NCBI GenBank assembly: GCA_965218975.1 | Contig: OZ244717.1 | Location: 384,001 to 448,000 of the forward strand | Direction of reading: 5' to 3' | Source: Candidatus Oxydemutatoraceae bacterium | Lineage (GTDB): Bacteria > Pseudomonadota > Gammaproteobacteria > Poriferisulfidales > Oxydemutatoraceae | DNA length: 64,000 bases | Shown: positions 21,590 to 32,483 of the stretch, in pieces | How positions within the stretch are numbered: position 1 is the stretch's first letter | Layout of the letters: each line of letters opens with the position of its first letter | Translations under genes and position numbers: made by a program | Notes under the pieces: model-generated | Database searches by the model: none | What the model saw: only the letters and a program-made list of their open reading frames with translations | What the model was told of the DNA's origin: nothing

Positions 21590-21649
21590 AAAGGCGGGAG
21601 TATAGGAGTATAATTGGGTCATCCTTACAGGGACCTTAGTTATCAACTT

Positions 21650-23140
21650 ATGACGACCACGAAAAAAAATAATTCTTTTTCTAGTTCGTACTTTGACACA
21701 TATCGCAATTTGACAGAAGGTGTTGAAGCCATTGTAGAGGAAGTAGCAGAGGTTTATCTCAGTGACGAAATTCCTTGGACAGTAGGCTACAGTGGAGGTA
21801 AAGACTCAACCGCTGCGTTACAATTAATTTGGTATGCATTGCAGCACATCGGGGCTCATAGGGCACACAAGCCGGTTCATGTAATCAGCACAGATACATT
21901 GGTGGAAAACCCCATAGTTTCTACATGGGTAGTTAATTCATTGGGTAAGATGAATGACGCAGCCAAGGCGCAAGGCTTACCAATCACATCACATCGTTTA
22001 ATGCCAGCTTTGGCAGATCGATTTTGGGTAAATCTAATCGGTCGCGGATATGCAGCGCCTAGGCAAAAATTCCGCTGGTGCACCGAACGCTTGAAAATTC
22101 GGCCTGCACATAAGTTTATTACCTCCATGGTAGATAAACATGGGGAAAGCTTGTTGGTGCTTGGTACCCGCAAGGCAGAAAGCGCAAACCGGGCACGCAA
22201 TATGGCACGTTACGAAAAAGGAAGGATCAGGGACAAGATCAGCCCCAATGGGAGCCTAGCTAATTCTTACATTTATACCCCTATAGAGGACTGGAAGGCA
22301 GAAGATGTTTGGCTTTTCTTGCTAGAAAAACAAAATCCGTGGGGAAACAACAATATGGACTTGTTCGGGATGTATAAGGGCGCTACAGAAGGCGGGGAAT
22401 GTCCACTAGTGGTGTCTAGTGGTACTCCTAGTTGTGGTGATAGTCGTTTTGGTTGTTGGGTATGTACTTTGGTAGAGAAAGATAAATCCATGCAGGCAAT
22501 GATTCATAATGATGAGGAAAAACAATGGATGATGCCATTACTAAATCTGCGCTATGAAATTGATTTTAGAGTGATGCCAAAGGGAGATCGAGCTTTGCGA
22601 GATTATCGGCGTATGAATGGTCGCGTCCAGCTGTTCCACGGACAACCCATTCCGGGCCCCTACAAAAAAGAATTTCGTGAACATATGCTGTATCGTGTTC
22701 TAGAAACACAGGCGCTTGTTCGTCGTAAAGGACCTCAATACGTCCGCAACTTGTCTTTGATTCAACTAGAAGAGATCGAAGAGATTCGTCGTATCTGGGT
22801 TGTGGAAAAATATGAGATGGAAGATAGTCTTCCCCGTATTTATCGTGAAGCTACAGGTAAGGAATACCCTGGAAGCAAGCTTAACGATAGTGCAGTTTTT
22901 GGTACTGATGAAATGAATCTACTACGCGAACTATGTGGTGAAAATCAGAATCAATACGAAATGGTTCGGGAGCTGCTTGCAATAGGAAACCGCCAAAAAC
23001 TGGCTATACGCCGTACCGGAGTGTTCCAATCTCTACAAAGTGCCATAGAGCGCAACTTTTTTGCCGATGAAGAAGATGCTATTGACCGAGCCCGCAAACA
23101 TCAGCAGTGTTTAACGCCACAGTTGAATAACAGAAAATAG
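21650..23140 (+). CDS. dndC: DNA phosphorothioation sulfurtransferase DndC
   Basis: GYSGGKDS, DTLVENP, FRWCTERLKI, ECPLV...PSCGDSRFGCWVCTLV..DKSM; TATAAT at 21609. Confidence 0.93.
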   Translation: MTTTKKNNSFSSSYFDTYRNLTEGVEAIVEEVAEVYLSDEIPWTVGYSGGKDSTAALQLIWYALQHIGAHRAHKPVHVISTDTLVENPIVSTWVVNSLGKMNDAAKAQGLPITSHRLMPALADRFWVNLIGRGYAAPRQKFRWCTERLKIRPAHKFITSMVDKHGESLLVLGTRKAESANRARNMARYEKGRIRDKISPNGSLANSYIYTPIEDWKAEDVWLFLLEKQNPWGNNNMDLFGMYKGATEGGECPLVVSSGTPSCGDSRFGCWVCTLVEKDKSMQAMIHNDEEKQWMMPLLNLRYEIDFRVMPKGDRALRDYRRMNGRVQLFHGQPIPGPYKKEFREHMLYRVLETQALVRRKGPQYVRNLSLIQLEEIEEIRRIWVVEKYEMEDSLPRIYREATGKEYPGSKLNDSAVFGTDEMNLLRELCGENQNQYEMVRELLAIGNRQKLAIRRTGVFQSLQSAIERNFFADEEDAIDRARKHQQCLTPQLNNRK

Positions 23141-23151
23141 GAATCACATAG

Positions 23152-25131
23152 ATGATTCTTGATCAAATTACGTTACACAACTTCGGTGTATATGCTGACG
23201 TGCAAGAGATTGATCTAACTCCCCCATCCCGGAATAAGCCAATTGTATTATTCGGAGGATTAAATGGTACGGGCAAAACAACATTGATGGACGCGCTGCA
23301 ACTCTGTTTGTTTGGTACTGCAGCTAGGTGTGTAACGTGCAATGGAAGTAGTTATAAAGACTTTCTGACCAGCAGAATCCGCAAACGTTCACCGAGAAAA
23401 CATGCTTCTGTTTCAGTTGTTTTCCATTGCACAGCGGACGGTGTGGAAACCTCTTACCACGTGACGCGTACTTGGAAAAGTACTGGTAGCGGTATCAGAG
23501 AAAAGTTGGAGGTAACCCGCGACGAATGTTCTGACAAATCTCTAGCAGAGAACTGGGATCAATATATCAGTGAAATCATACCAGTAAATATTTCTCATCT
23601 GTTTTTCTTTGATGGTGAAAGAATTGCCTCCTACGCAGCATCGCATGGTATCAGTGAACTGATAGCGAATGGAGTACGCAACTTGTTCGGTATAGATGTG
23701 GTAGAACGCTTGCAAAAGGATCTTCAAATATTGGAACGGCGACAGGACACTACGATTTCTTCCGTAGACATTGATGACATCCACCAAAAGGAAAAAGAAC
23801 TACATACGCTTCACAGACAAATTGATCAGATGGAGAGAAGAAGGGTCATTTTACAAACACAGGGACTAGCTACTGCTAGGCATAATCTTGCCTGCGTAAT
23901 GCTGGAGTACAAAAAACTAGGAGGCGAATTACGTGATCGGCGAGAGGAAATACAGCGCCGTGTTAGCAAAGCAGAAGCCAATCTTGATGCCTGTAATGCT
24001 CAAATGATTGAACTCGCAAGCAGTGAATTACCATTGCTCCTGATTCGAGATCTGTTGCACGAAGTGGCCCGTCATGCGGCATACGAACAAAAGGTCATAC
24101 AGGCTCGTGCAATGGTTAAAAGTCTGCAACAGCGTGATGCCAAAATGCTTCGTTTAGCAAAAACTTTCCCGGGCACATCTGATTTATTGAAGGCTTTGCA
24201 AGAATTCTGCCAAGCCGATACAGAAAACCAAGAGAAGCTGGCAGCCTGTAAAACCCCGCTCAACGTAAGCGATACTACTACAGCAAGGCTGACAACATTC
24301 CTGCAAAACAGGCTACCTATTTTAGAAAAAAATCTTAGAGGTATATTTGCGAAGCAATCCGACTCCAAAGATGAAATGAAAGCAGCTCAGTTAAAACAAG
24401 CGGGAATTCCAGCAGAAGATTCTATTGATGAGGTTGTCAAAAACCGTGATTTACTGGTTACTAAAATTACACAATTAGAAGCCAAAGTCGCAAATATTGA
24501 TAGTGAACTTGAAAAAGTACATCGGAAGAGTAATCGCCTTGAATCCGAAATTAATGCTTTATGGACAGCGCATACCGAGTTGGAGTTGTTACATACGGAT
24601 GCTTCACGTTTTATTCGGCACTCACAATTAGCTAGACAGACATTGGCAGACTTCAGCTTGGCTGTGTTACGTCAACAAATCGGGCGTGTGGAACATTTGG
24701 CTCTAAAAAGTTATCAATCCTTACTACGAAAGGACAGATTGATCTCTACGTTACAAATTCATCCAGAGACCTTTGTTGTTTTTCTACGTGACATGGAACT
24801 AACCCCAATTTCACCAGAGCAGCTATCAGCCGGCGAGCGCCAGCTACTTGCAATTGCACTCATGTGGGGAATGGCAAAAGCATCAGGCAAAGCATTGCCT
24901 GTTGCCATTGATATGCCAATGGGACGTCTTGATTCCAGTCACCGGGAACGTCTAATCAAACGATACTTCCCCTATGCTAGTCACCAGACATTACTGTTTA
25001 CTACAGATGAGGAAATCGCTGGCGATTATTTATCTCAGTTGCGTCCTTGGGTCGGGAAGAGTTACCACTTAGATTATGACGATACAAAGGGTGCAACTAC
25101 TGTTTCTACCGGTTTTCTGGAGCGTTTATGA
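23152..25131 (+). CDS. dndD: DNA sulfur modification protein DndD (SMC-like ATPase)
   Basis: GGLNGTGKTT, FFFDGE, coiled coil, LSAGERQ, IDMPMGRLDS.HR, TDEEI. Confidence 0.92.
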   Translation: MILDQITLHNFGVYADVQEIDLTPPSRNKPIVLFGGLNGTGKTTLMDALQLCLFGTAARCVTCNGSSYKDFLTSRIRKRSPRKHASVSVVFHCTADGVETSYHVTRTWKSTGSGIREKLEVTRDECSDKSLAENWDQYISEIIPVNISHLFFFDGERIASYAASHGISELIANGVRNLFGIDVVERLQKDLQILERRQDTTISSVDIDDIHQKEKELHTLHRQIDQMERRRVILQTQGLATARHNLACVMLEYKKLGGELRDRREEIQRRVSKAEANLDACNAQMIELASSELPLLLIRDLLHEVARHAAYEQKVIQARAMVKSLQQRDAKMLRLAKTFPGTSDLLKALQEFCQADTENQEKLAACKTPLNVSDTTTARLTTFLQNRLPILEKNLRGIFAKQSDSKDEMKAAQLKQAGIPAEDSIDEVVKNRDLLVTKITQLEAKVANIDSELEKVHRKSNRLESEINALWTAHTELELLHTDASRFIRHSQLARQTLADFSLAVLRQQIGRVEHLALKSYQSLLRKDRLISTLQIHPETFVVFLRDMELTPISPEQLSAGERQLLAIALMWGMAKASGKALPVAIDMPMGRLDSSHRERLIKRYFPYASHQTLLFTTDEEIAGDYLSQLRPWVGKSYHLDYDDTKGATTVSTGFLERL

Positions 25132-25547
25132 CAAGCATTGGGAGTATTCGCCTGTCAAGTGCAGCAAAAGACCGTTTGTCTAATTTGAAACGGAAAACAG
25201 GCATATCCCAATGGAATATTCTGTGCAGGTGGGCATTTTGTCTTTCATTAGCAGAAAAAAGCATACCATCTGAAATAGATATAGTTACTGATAGCAATGT
25301 AGAAATGTCCTGGCGGACTTTTACGGGTCCAGGAAATGAGGAATTGTTTCTCGTCTTGCTAAAAGCGCGATGCCTTAGAGATCAGATCCCAACTGATACA
25401 CGAACCCTAACGCAACAGTTCAAGTTACATCTCCACCGTGGTATCGGTTATTTGACGACATCTGGAAAGATCAGATGTTTGGTTGATCTGCTTTCTCTCA
25501 CAATGCAGCATGAAGAAGGTCTGAGTAATAAAGGCTTAGTGAACTAA
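25128..25547 (+). CDS. dndE: DNA sulfur modification protein DndE
   Basis: LKRKTGI..WNILCRWAFCLSLAE, EMSWRTF, HLHRGIGYL. Confidence 0.92.
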   Translation: MTSIGSIRLSSAAKDRLSNLKRKTGISQWNILCRWAFCLSLAEKSIPSEIDIVTDSNVEMSWRTFTGPGNEELFLVLLKARCLRDQIPTDTRTLTQQFKLHLHRGIGYLTTSGKIRCLVDLLSLTMQHEEGLSNKGLVN

Positions 25548-25583
25548 TAACAAGTGTTGTTGGCTTTGTCGGGAATATTTTGA

Positions 25584-27713
25584 TTGTTAAGAGACCTTCG
25601 TTTACAAGAGGAATATTTTTCCGGTGACTTAGATTTGGTTGAGGTCTTTTATCGTCCATGTCTTTCCGAAGCTATCAGATACAATCGATCAGTCGGTTAT
25701 TTTCGTTCCTCAGTATTTATTTTAATTGGTTCAGACATCATCAACTTTGTGAAACGAGGCGGAAAAATACGCTTGATTAGTTCCCCAAGTCTAACAGAAG
25801 ATGATATTGAGGCTATTGATACGGGCTACAAAAGCAAATACGACAGTGCATGTAGCGCACTTAGTAGGGATATAGATTTTTTGCTAACGAACCAGTTGAT
25901 TACAAAGAATACAGAAGCATTAGCTACGTTAATTTCACTGGGCGCAATGGATGTCAAACTCGTCTTTTTACCTAAGGCTTGTGGTGATTATCATGCTAAA
26001 TTGGGGATTTTTTATGATGAGCTTAATAATGCCGTCAGCTTTAAAGGTTCAATCAATGAAACATGGAGTGGTTGGTATGAAAAGGGGAATCATGAAACTC
26101 TGGATGTATTCTGTAGTTGGCGCGAAGGTAGAGATGAGAGACAAGTAGGGCGCGACCAGAAATATTTTGAGAAGCTATGGAATGGCGAGGTTAAGGGCTT
26201 AGAGGTGATACCGTTTCCTAAAGTAGGAATAGAGAAGCTCAAAACGGTAGCCAAAAGATCCTTGGATGATATTAACTCTGGAGATATCATTGATTTTTTC
26301 AGTCTTGGTCATCAACTGGCAGAACATAAAATTAAGGAAGAGTCTCCTTCACATGAAATACGCAAACCTCTTAAGCATCAGTTAAAAGCTATTGCTGAGT
26401 GGAAAAAACAGGACAAAAGAGGGATTTTAGAACACGCAACTGGTAGCGGTAAAACGTTCACTGCCCTCACCGCCCTCAAAGAACACTTGGAGCCTCAAGG
26501 TGTAGCTATTATTTTAGTTCCAGATAAGCTGTTACATCGTCAATGGGCTGTAGAACTTATTGAAGAAATTGAAGGAGTGCATCTCTTAAAGGCAGGTGAT
26601 GGACACAACAGATGGAAAAAAGACAGGCGATTGTTTGATTTTACATCACCGTTACAGGGCTTAGGAAAAAGAGTTGTATTAGTGACGATGCAGACAGCGC
26701 GTACAGATGCTTTTCTAGCTTCTCTTAATCAAGGTAAACATATCATGCTAATTGCCGATGAGGTACATGAAGTTGGGAGTAGGGAGAACTCTAAAGCATT
26801 AACTATCGATTCGGGTCCAAGGCTCGGATTGAGCGCGACACCTAAAAGATATGGTGACCCTGAGGGCACATTCAAAATACTGAATTATTTTGGTGTAATT
26901 GTTCAGCCTCCGTATACATTAATAGATGCGATAAACGATAGGCGTCTTGTGCCCTATGAGTATTTCCCTGTGACTGTTCGGCTTGATGCGGAAGAGTCAG
27001 AGCAGTGGGCGAAAGAAACCGATAAGATTTCAAAGGAGTTTGCACGTTCTAAGCGAGATAGGGATGGGAATGTAAATATTTCGCCATATTTACAAAACTT
27101 AATCATCCAGCGTTCGAGGATAGCGAAGAAGGCTAAAGCAAAAACTCCTCTCGCGGTAGATATCATAAAGAAACAATATCATGAGGGCGAGAGCTGGCTC
27201 ATTTATTGTGAGGATCAGTTTCAATTAAGACAAGTCATGGATTCTTTAAAGCGTGAAGGATATTCTCCGTTGGAATACCATACGAATATGGAGAGTGATA
27301 CTACAGCGACCCTTGAGTATTTTAAGAATTTCGGGGGTGTACTTTGTTCTATCAAATGTTTGGATCAGGGAGTCGATATACCTAAAATTTCACATGCAAT
27401 TATTTTGGCTTCTTCCCAGAATCCAAGGCAATTTATTCAAAGACGAGGACGTGTTTTAAGAACATGCAAAGATAAATACAAGGCAGTTCTTTTCGATGCC
27501 ATTGTAGTGCCGGTAAGTTTGGAGTCTGAGCCAGAACAATTTTCTTTGCTAAAGAGTGAGTTCCAGAGGGGTATCCAGTTTGCTAAAACTGCGTTAAACA
27601 GTAGTGCGGCAATTGAATTGGCTAGCTTGGCTGTAGAGTTAGATATTGATCCGGAAGAGGTAGGGTTAATGGATGGCGACGGTATAGAGGAGGAAGAAAA
27701 TAACGATGTCTGA
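25584..27713 (+). CDS. pbeA: PLD-domain plus SF2 helicase, PbeA-like
   Basis: YHAKLGIF..GSINET (PLD-like), ATGSGKT, DEVH, SAT, QRRGR; directly follows dndE. Confidence 0.75.
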   Translation: MLRDLRLQEEYFSGDLDLVEVFYRPCLSEAIRYNRSVGYFRSSVFILIGSDIINFVKRGGKIRLISSPSLTEDDIEAIDTGYKSKYDSACSALSRDIDFLLTNQLITKNTEALATLISLGAMDVKLVFLPKACGDYHAKLGIFYDELNNAVSFKGSINETWSGWYEKGNHETLDVFCSWREGRDERQVGRDQKYFEKLWNGEVKGLEVIPFPKVGIEKLKTVAKRSLDDINSGDIIDFFSLGHQLAEHKIKEESPSHEIRKPLKHQLKAIAEWKKQDKRGILEHATGSGKTFTALTALKEHLEPQGVAIILVPDKLLHRQWAVELIEEIEGVHLLKAGDGHNRWKKDRRLFDFTSPLQGLGKRVVLVTMQTARTDAFLASLNQGKHIMLIADEVHEVGSRENSKALTIDSGPRLGLSATPKRYGDPEGTFKILNYFGVIVQPPYTLIDAINDRRLVPYEYFPVTVRLDAEESEQWAKETDKISKEFARSKRDRDGNVNISPYLQNLIIQRSRIAKKAKAKTPLAVDIIKKQYHEGESWLIYCEDQFQLRQVMDSLKREGYSPLEYHTNMESDTTATLEYFKNFGGVLCSIKCLDQGVDIPKISHAIILASSQNPRQFIQRRGRVLRTCKDKYKAVLFDAIVVPVSLESEPEQFSLLKSEFQRGIQFAKTALNSSAAIELASLAVELDIDPEEVGLMDGDGIEEEENNDV

Positions 27714-27897
27714 ATCAAGTAATATCATTGCTCTTTTGCTGAATATTAAAGAACGTGAGGGATTGGATGTTGATGATCAACTTATAAAGCAATGTTATGA
27801 ACTACAAAAAAAATACCAGTTTGATCTAACTCGTAATACAGTTGAAAGAATGCGCGAGTTAGTTGAGGCCAGTCTTGATAAAAATGATGGCCGGTAG
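27706..27897 (+). CDS. Small DNA-modification-system-associated protein, PbeB-like
   Basis: 63-aa ORF overlapping the helicase stop and preceding the ATPase; position matches pbeB. Confidence 0.6.
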   Translation: MSESSNIIALLLNIKEREGLDVDDQLIKQCYELQKKYQFDLTRNTVERMRELVEASLDKNDGR

Positions 27898-27902
27898 TTG
27901 TT

Positions 27903-29888
27903 ATGAAAGTAAAAAAAGTAATCTTCCATAATTTTATGCCCTTCAAGGGTACGCAGAAAATCGAGTTTCCCCAGCATGAAACACAAAATGTGATGTTGCT
28001 CTTTGGCGATAATATGCGTGGAAAAACAAGCTTCTTAAATGCAATCCGCTGGGGGTTTTATGAAGTCGCTCTAGGTCGTCACTTACGTAAAATTCCCAAG
28101 TTAAATCTGGTCAATCGTGATGCCGCGGATGAGGGAGATTGGGCAATGTCCGTTTCCTTGTATTTTGATCACAATGGAAGAAGCTATCAGCTAAATCGCA
28201 GGATTGAGAAACGTGAAAACACGCCAATACCTAGAAACGATTCCGATTTTAAGAAGATTATCGGTCTGAGAATTGATGGGACTCTCATAACAGGTGACTC
28301 GATTGACAATGAAATTAACCAAGTGATGCCACAGGAAGTGTCACGGTTTTTTTTGTTTGATGGTGAGTTGCTTCAAGAGTACGAAAACCTTTTAATTGAG
28401 GAAAGTGATCAAGGCAGGAAAATTAAAAAGCATATTGAATCTGTACTAGGTGTTCCGGCATTAGTGCATGCGAGGGATGAATTACAGGTATTGTTGAAGG
28501 ATGCACGTACTGCCCAACGTAAAGATGCTCAAAAATATCAAGAGTTACGTAACTATGCACAAGAACAAAAGAATCACGAGATAAAACTGGAAAGTATAGA
28601 AAACAACCTTGAAAAATTAAATTCTCAAAAAGAAGATTATCAGGAAAAAATTGATGATATCGACGACTTTCTAAAAAATACAGAGGCAGTACAAAATAGA
28701 AAAATTGAACTTACTCGGTTAGATGCTGAGCAAGAGGGCCTAGAAGATGAAATTAATCGGTCTAACGAAGATACTCATAGATTATTAAAAACAGCTTGGA
28801 AGGATGTATTGGCCAATAGTGTTCAAACCATTGTTAACAATTTAAAAGAGGAACGCAAAAGGCACGAACAAATTACCAAAGAGTCTATCAGTCTACAGGG
28901 CAAGATAGAAGGATTGCGAAAATCGCTTAAAGATAACAAAGTTTGTGATACCTGTGGGCAGGATATTCCCGATAGTATCAGGGCGCCGATGAAGGAAAAA
29001 TTAGATAAGCTGCTGGCCGAAAGATCAGAAAAAAAAGTTGATCCTGAGAAGTTAACGGAAATCAAAAACACCATTGATAACCTGGAAAGTATACGCTCTG
29101 AAGGCGAAGTCAAGCGAATAGTTGCCAATCAAGACGCTGTTACCCGAAATAATGTGAATTTGACGACTATTGAAAATAAGCGAGATGATCTCGAAGAGGA
29201 AATAAAAGGATATGATACAGAGGAAATAATGCGAAAACGGGAAAAATATCAACGTTGTATGAAGCTGTTAGGGGAAATTGAAGCCAAGATTAAAGATAAC
29301 AACGAAAAAAAGGAGGAAAATATCCAAAAGCAAGAAAGAATATCTCAATTGATTGCCAAACTTGGAGGAGCTCAAAGTTTAATTAGTAATCAGCGAGTAG
29401 ACAAATTGCAACAATTAGAAAAGATTTTTTCAGAAGGTATCAATCAACTGCGCCTCAAACTAAAAGATGATGTGGAAAGGCATGCAACTAAAGCTTTTAA
29501 ACAAATAACCACTGAAAAAACTTACTTGGGTCTGAAAATTAACCAAAGCTACGGTTTGTCTATTTTAGATAAGGAGGAACGAATAGTTGATGAGCGTAGT
29601 GCCGGCGCAGAGCAAGTTGTTGCGTTGTCATTAATTGATGGGCTTAATAAAACTTCAGGTACAGAAGCCCCGATAGTTATGGACACACCTTTGGGGCGTT
29701 TGGATCCCAAACATCGCAGAAATATACTGCAATATCTGCCGGATATGTCTGAGCAGGTTGTATTGTTGGTGCACGAGGGTGAGATTCGTGCCAAGCAAGA
29801 TTTGGAAATTATTGCCTCACGCATTGGTGCACGCTATGAAATCAAACGTGTTTCTGCGACACAATCTCGTATTGATAAGGTGATATAA
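27903..29888 (+). CDS. pbeC: SMC/Rad50-like ATPase with CxxC, PbeC-like
   Basis: GDNMRGKTS, FLFDGE, CDTCGQ, SAGAEQ, MDTPLGRLD. Confidence 0.72.
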   Translation: MKVKKVIFHNFMPFKGTQKIEFPQHETQNVMLLFGDNMRGKTSFLNAIRWGFYEVALGRHLRKIPKLNLVNRDAADEGDWAMSVSLYFDHNGRSYQLNRRIEKRENTPIPRNDSDFKKIIGLRIDGTLITGDSIDNEINQVMPQEVSRFFLFDGELLQEYENLLIEESDQGRKIKKHIESVLGVPALVHARDELQVLLKDARTAQRKDAQKYQELRNYAQEQKNHEIKLESIENNLEKLNSQKEDYQEKIDDIDDFLKNTEAVQNRKIELTRLDAEQEGLEDEINRSNEDTHRLLKTAWKDVLANSVQTIVNNLKEERKRHEQITKESISLQGKIEGLRKSLKDNKVCDTCGQDIPDSIRAPMKEKLDKLLAERSEKKVDPEKLTEIKNTIDNLESIRSEGEVKRIVANQDAVTRNNVNLTTIENKRDDLEEEIKGYDTEEIMRKREKYQRCMKLLGEIEAKIKDNNEKKEENIQKQERISQLIAKLGGAQSLISNQRVDKLQQLEKIFSEGINQLRLKLKDDVERHATKAFKQITTEKTYLGLKINQSYGLSILDKEERIVDERSAGAEQVVALSLIDGLNKTSGTEAPIVMDTPLGRLDPKHRRNILQYLPDMSEQVVLLVHEGEIRAKQDLEIIASRIGARYEIKRVSATQSRIDKVI

Positions 29889-30263
29889 ATGGAAGAACCG
29901 CAACGAATTGGTTTAACCGCGCAAGCGAATGCCTATCTTGATGGAATGCTTGATTCTCTGAATAGTGAAACCGACGCGCCAGATTTGATCAAGTTTGATT
30001 TATATCGCTTGGCGGTAGCTTTGGGAGTAAAGAAAGGCATAACACCTGAGCCTTTATCAGACAAAACCGATAATGCATTTCGTGTGGGAGAGTTAGACCC
30101 GGATAAGGCATTGTTTTTTGCGGTTGATGCTGCAAATTTACAGGAACCAGGTAAATCAATTTATCGTACTGTTGAGGCTTTGGGAGAACAGGGTATTCGA
30201 CATTTCTATGATACTTACCGTGAGAATATGGATAAGCTGCACTGGGATAAACTACTTACTTAG
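29889..30263 (+). CDS. Small protein, PbeD-like by position
   Basis: Starts immediately after the ATPase stop; [10 protein letters not shown]...EALGEQGI. Confidence 0.55.
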   Translation: MEEPQRIGLTAQANAYLDGMLDSLNSETDAPDLIKFDLYRLAVALGVKKGITPEPLSDKTDNAFRVGELDPDKALFFAVDAANLQEPGKSIYRTVEALGEQGIRHFYDTYRENMDKLHWDKLLT

Positions 30264-30265
30264 TT

Positions 30266-32203
30266 ATGTCTGCGCTTAAACTTTATCTGATTGTAGTTAA
30301 GAGCAATCAGGTCGAAGAAATTGTCACTATTCGTGAGCTAGACAGCTGCCATCAAATATGGAGCGCACATTCTTGCATTGGTAAAACCGCTATTATTCAC
30401 TGTGGGTTTACAAGACCTCAAGTCAATCAGTGCATTGAACTTCCAGAGAACACACAAGGCAAAGTGCTGTATTCCGGAGCAATGAAGTGGGCACTTCCGG
30501 AAATATACAAAAGCAGTGTAAACGCTATCGCACATATAGAGTTGGACAAAGCTGCGACTCCTTGCTACTTTGCTTTAAATCAGTGGGGCTATGAGATTGA
30601 CGAATTAGAGGCCGAACCAAAAGTTGAAGCCGAATCAGAAGTTGATGACCTAGAGGTTGATGACCCAATTTTACAGCGTCCGATTGACGTATTGAGGTTG
30701 ACTGTACGTGCAACAAATAGCCTGAAATCAGATAGTATCCTCTATATTGGAGAATTGGTTCGGCATACAGAAATTGAGCTATTAAGAATTCCCAATTTGG
30801 GTAACAAAACTTTGAAAGAAATTAAGAGTGCATTAGCCATGTATGGTTTATGTTTAGGGACAAAACTGGAAAGCTGTCCATTCCCAGGGACAAGTGAAAT
30901 GCCTGAGGTCACAACTGATAAAAGCAATTCGAACCGTTTAAATTCTCAGGTGGCACAAGTACCTTTGATACAACATTTGGAAAGGACATTAGGTGAATTG
31001 AGTGATGTGGATAGAGTAGTCTTGCAGGGACGTCTTGGGCATAAAGGGAAAACTCTGACGCTAGATGAAATTGGTGAAAAACTAAATGTTACTCGAGAAC
31101 GAGTCAGGCAGCGTCAAATGAAATACACCAATCGAATCATTGCACAGGAATACTGGGACGATCTAATCGGAATTCGCATCGGACAACTTTTACTGGACAG
31201 AGAAGAACCACTTATTCTTGAGTTGCTGGATATTGAAGATGAATGGCTTAAAGGATTCGGAGACAATTACATCTATCTTGCTAATGTAATACAACTGTTC
31301 TCAAAAAATGCAGTGTATGTTATCAAAGCAGCTGGTAGAAGTGTTGTAACAAGGATTAAACAAAATGAGTGGGATGATCTAGAAAGTGGACTTCGCACAA
31401 AATTAAAACAAAAAGCTGAGGAAAGGAGATGGAGACGAAGCGAAATCATGCAATACTTAGAATCCAGCTTATTCGAGTTCAGTTCACAAGAATTAGCCCC
31501 TCTTTTACATGAAATTTTTGATGAGTTTCTGCAATATCAAGACGGAAGTCAACAAGCAATACTAATGGCTTTTGGGAAATCCGTGGAGTCTGTAGCTAAT
31601 ACAGTGCTTGCTCAAGCAAGAAGACCTTTACATTTTACAGAAATTGCTGAAAGGGCAAATAAATTATTGGGTAGAAAAGTGGACGAAAGACGAACGCATA
31701 ATGCCCTTAATCAGGAGCATATCTGGCTGTTTGATCGTGGCACTTATGGATTGATTGAGCATTGTCCTCTACCTGCCTCCAAACGCCAAAGTGTTTGTAG
31801 CACAGTAGAGAAAATCCTTTATCAAGGCCCGATCAATAAGCAGTGGCATTCAAAACAAATAGTTGATCAGTTGACTTCCATGTTTCCAGGTGATTTGAAA
31901 GATTTAGACCCCTATGTATTGCGGATGTGCATAGAGCACTCTCCAAAAATTACATTTTTAAACCGTATGGTTTGGGCAAGAGCGGATTCTAGAATGAAGG
32001 TCGGCGATAGAATCGAAATAGCTAATGCTTTTATCCAAATACTAGAGGCGGTAGGTAGACCTCTAAGCGGTCAAGAATTGAAACACCGCTTATCTGACAT
32101 CAGGGAAGTTTCAGAAAACATGCAGATACACGAAAATGAACGTTTGATCGTAGTTGGCCCAAACTTATGGGGGCTGAGTGATTGGGGCTATTCAAAAGGG
32201 TGA
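30266..32203 (+). CDS. Multidomain protein: RNA polymerase alpha-CTD, sigma70 region-4 HTH and C-terminal winged-HTH-like repeats
   Basis: [22 protein letters not shown]...[13 protein letters not shown] (alpha-CTD); [18 protein letters not shown] (sigma 4.2); RPLHFTEI...GTYGL and GRPLS..EL...LWGLSDW. Confidence 0.8.
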   Translation: MSALKLYLIVVKSNQVEEIVTIRELDSCHQIWSAHSCIGKTAIIHCGFTRPQVNQCIELPENTQGKVLYSGAMKWALPEIYKSSVNAIAHIELDKAATPCYFALNQWGYEIDELEAEPKVEAESEVDDLEVDDPILQRPIDVLRLTVRATNSLKSDSILYIGELVRHTEIELLRIPNLGNKTLKEIKSALAMYGLCLGTKLESCPFPGTSEMPEVTTDKSNSNRLNSQVAQVPLIQHLERTLGELSDVDRVVLQGRLGHKGKTLTLDEIGEKLNVTRERVRQRQMKYTNRIIAQEYWDDLIGIRIGQLLLDREEPLILELLDIEDEWLKGFGDNYIYLANVIQLFSKNAVYVIKAAGRSVVTRIKQNEWDDLESGLRTKLKQKAEERRWRRSEIMQYLESSLFEFSSQELAPLLHEIFDEFLQYQDGSQQAILMAFGKSVESVANTVLAQARRPLHFTEIAERANKLLGRKVDERRTHNALNQEHIWLFDRGTYGLIEHCPLPASKRQSVCSTVEKILYQGPINKQWHSKQIVDQLTSMFPGDLKDLDPYVLRMCIEHSPKITFLNRMVWARADSRMKVGDRIEIANAFIQILEAVGRPLSGQELKHRLSDIREVSENMQIHENERLIVVGPNLWGLSDWGYSKG

Positions 32204-32400
32204 CCGACATGCAATATCAACACATCGGCCACCGCATCAAAGGTTTCTATATGAGCCAATTTAACTAACAAAATGGAGGCTCATGAGCACTCTAATCTTC
32301 AACAGAAATATGCTGCCCTCATTTTGGGAGGGTTGTAACTCCCGGGCACATTCAAGATCGGTCGCAGTACTTTGTACCGCTGGCGCCGGCGCTATCGCCG
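32194..32400 (+). repeat. Repeat module F (hairpin-rich, ~200 bp)
   Basis: AAAAGG(G)TGACCGA..TG.AATATCAACACATCGGCCACCGCATCAAAGGTTTCTAT; matches 33101-33227 and the reverse complement of 59645-59860. Confidence 0.85.
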
Positions 32401-32483
32401 CACTGAGCAGAGCGCCTTGCATGACCGCGACCCCGCTTGCGCGCCTCGGCGCGGGCAGGAAAGCGCCGCGCAAGAGGCGGCGG

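Noticed and set aside
30266-32203. Calling this gene rpoA or a sigma factor
   Set aside because: Lacks the alpha N-terminal assembly domain and sigma region 2; context is a defence operon
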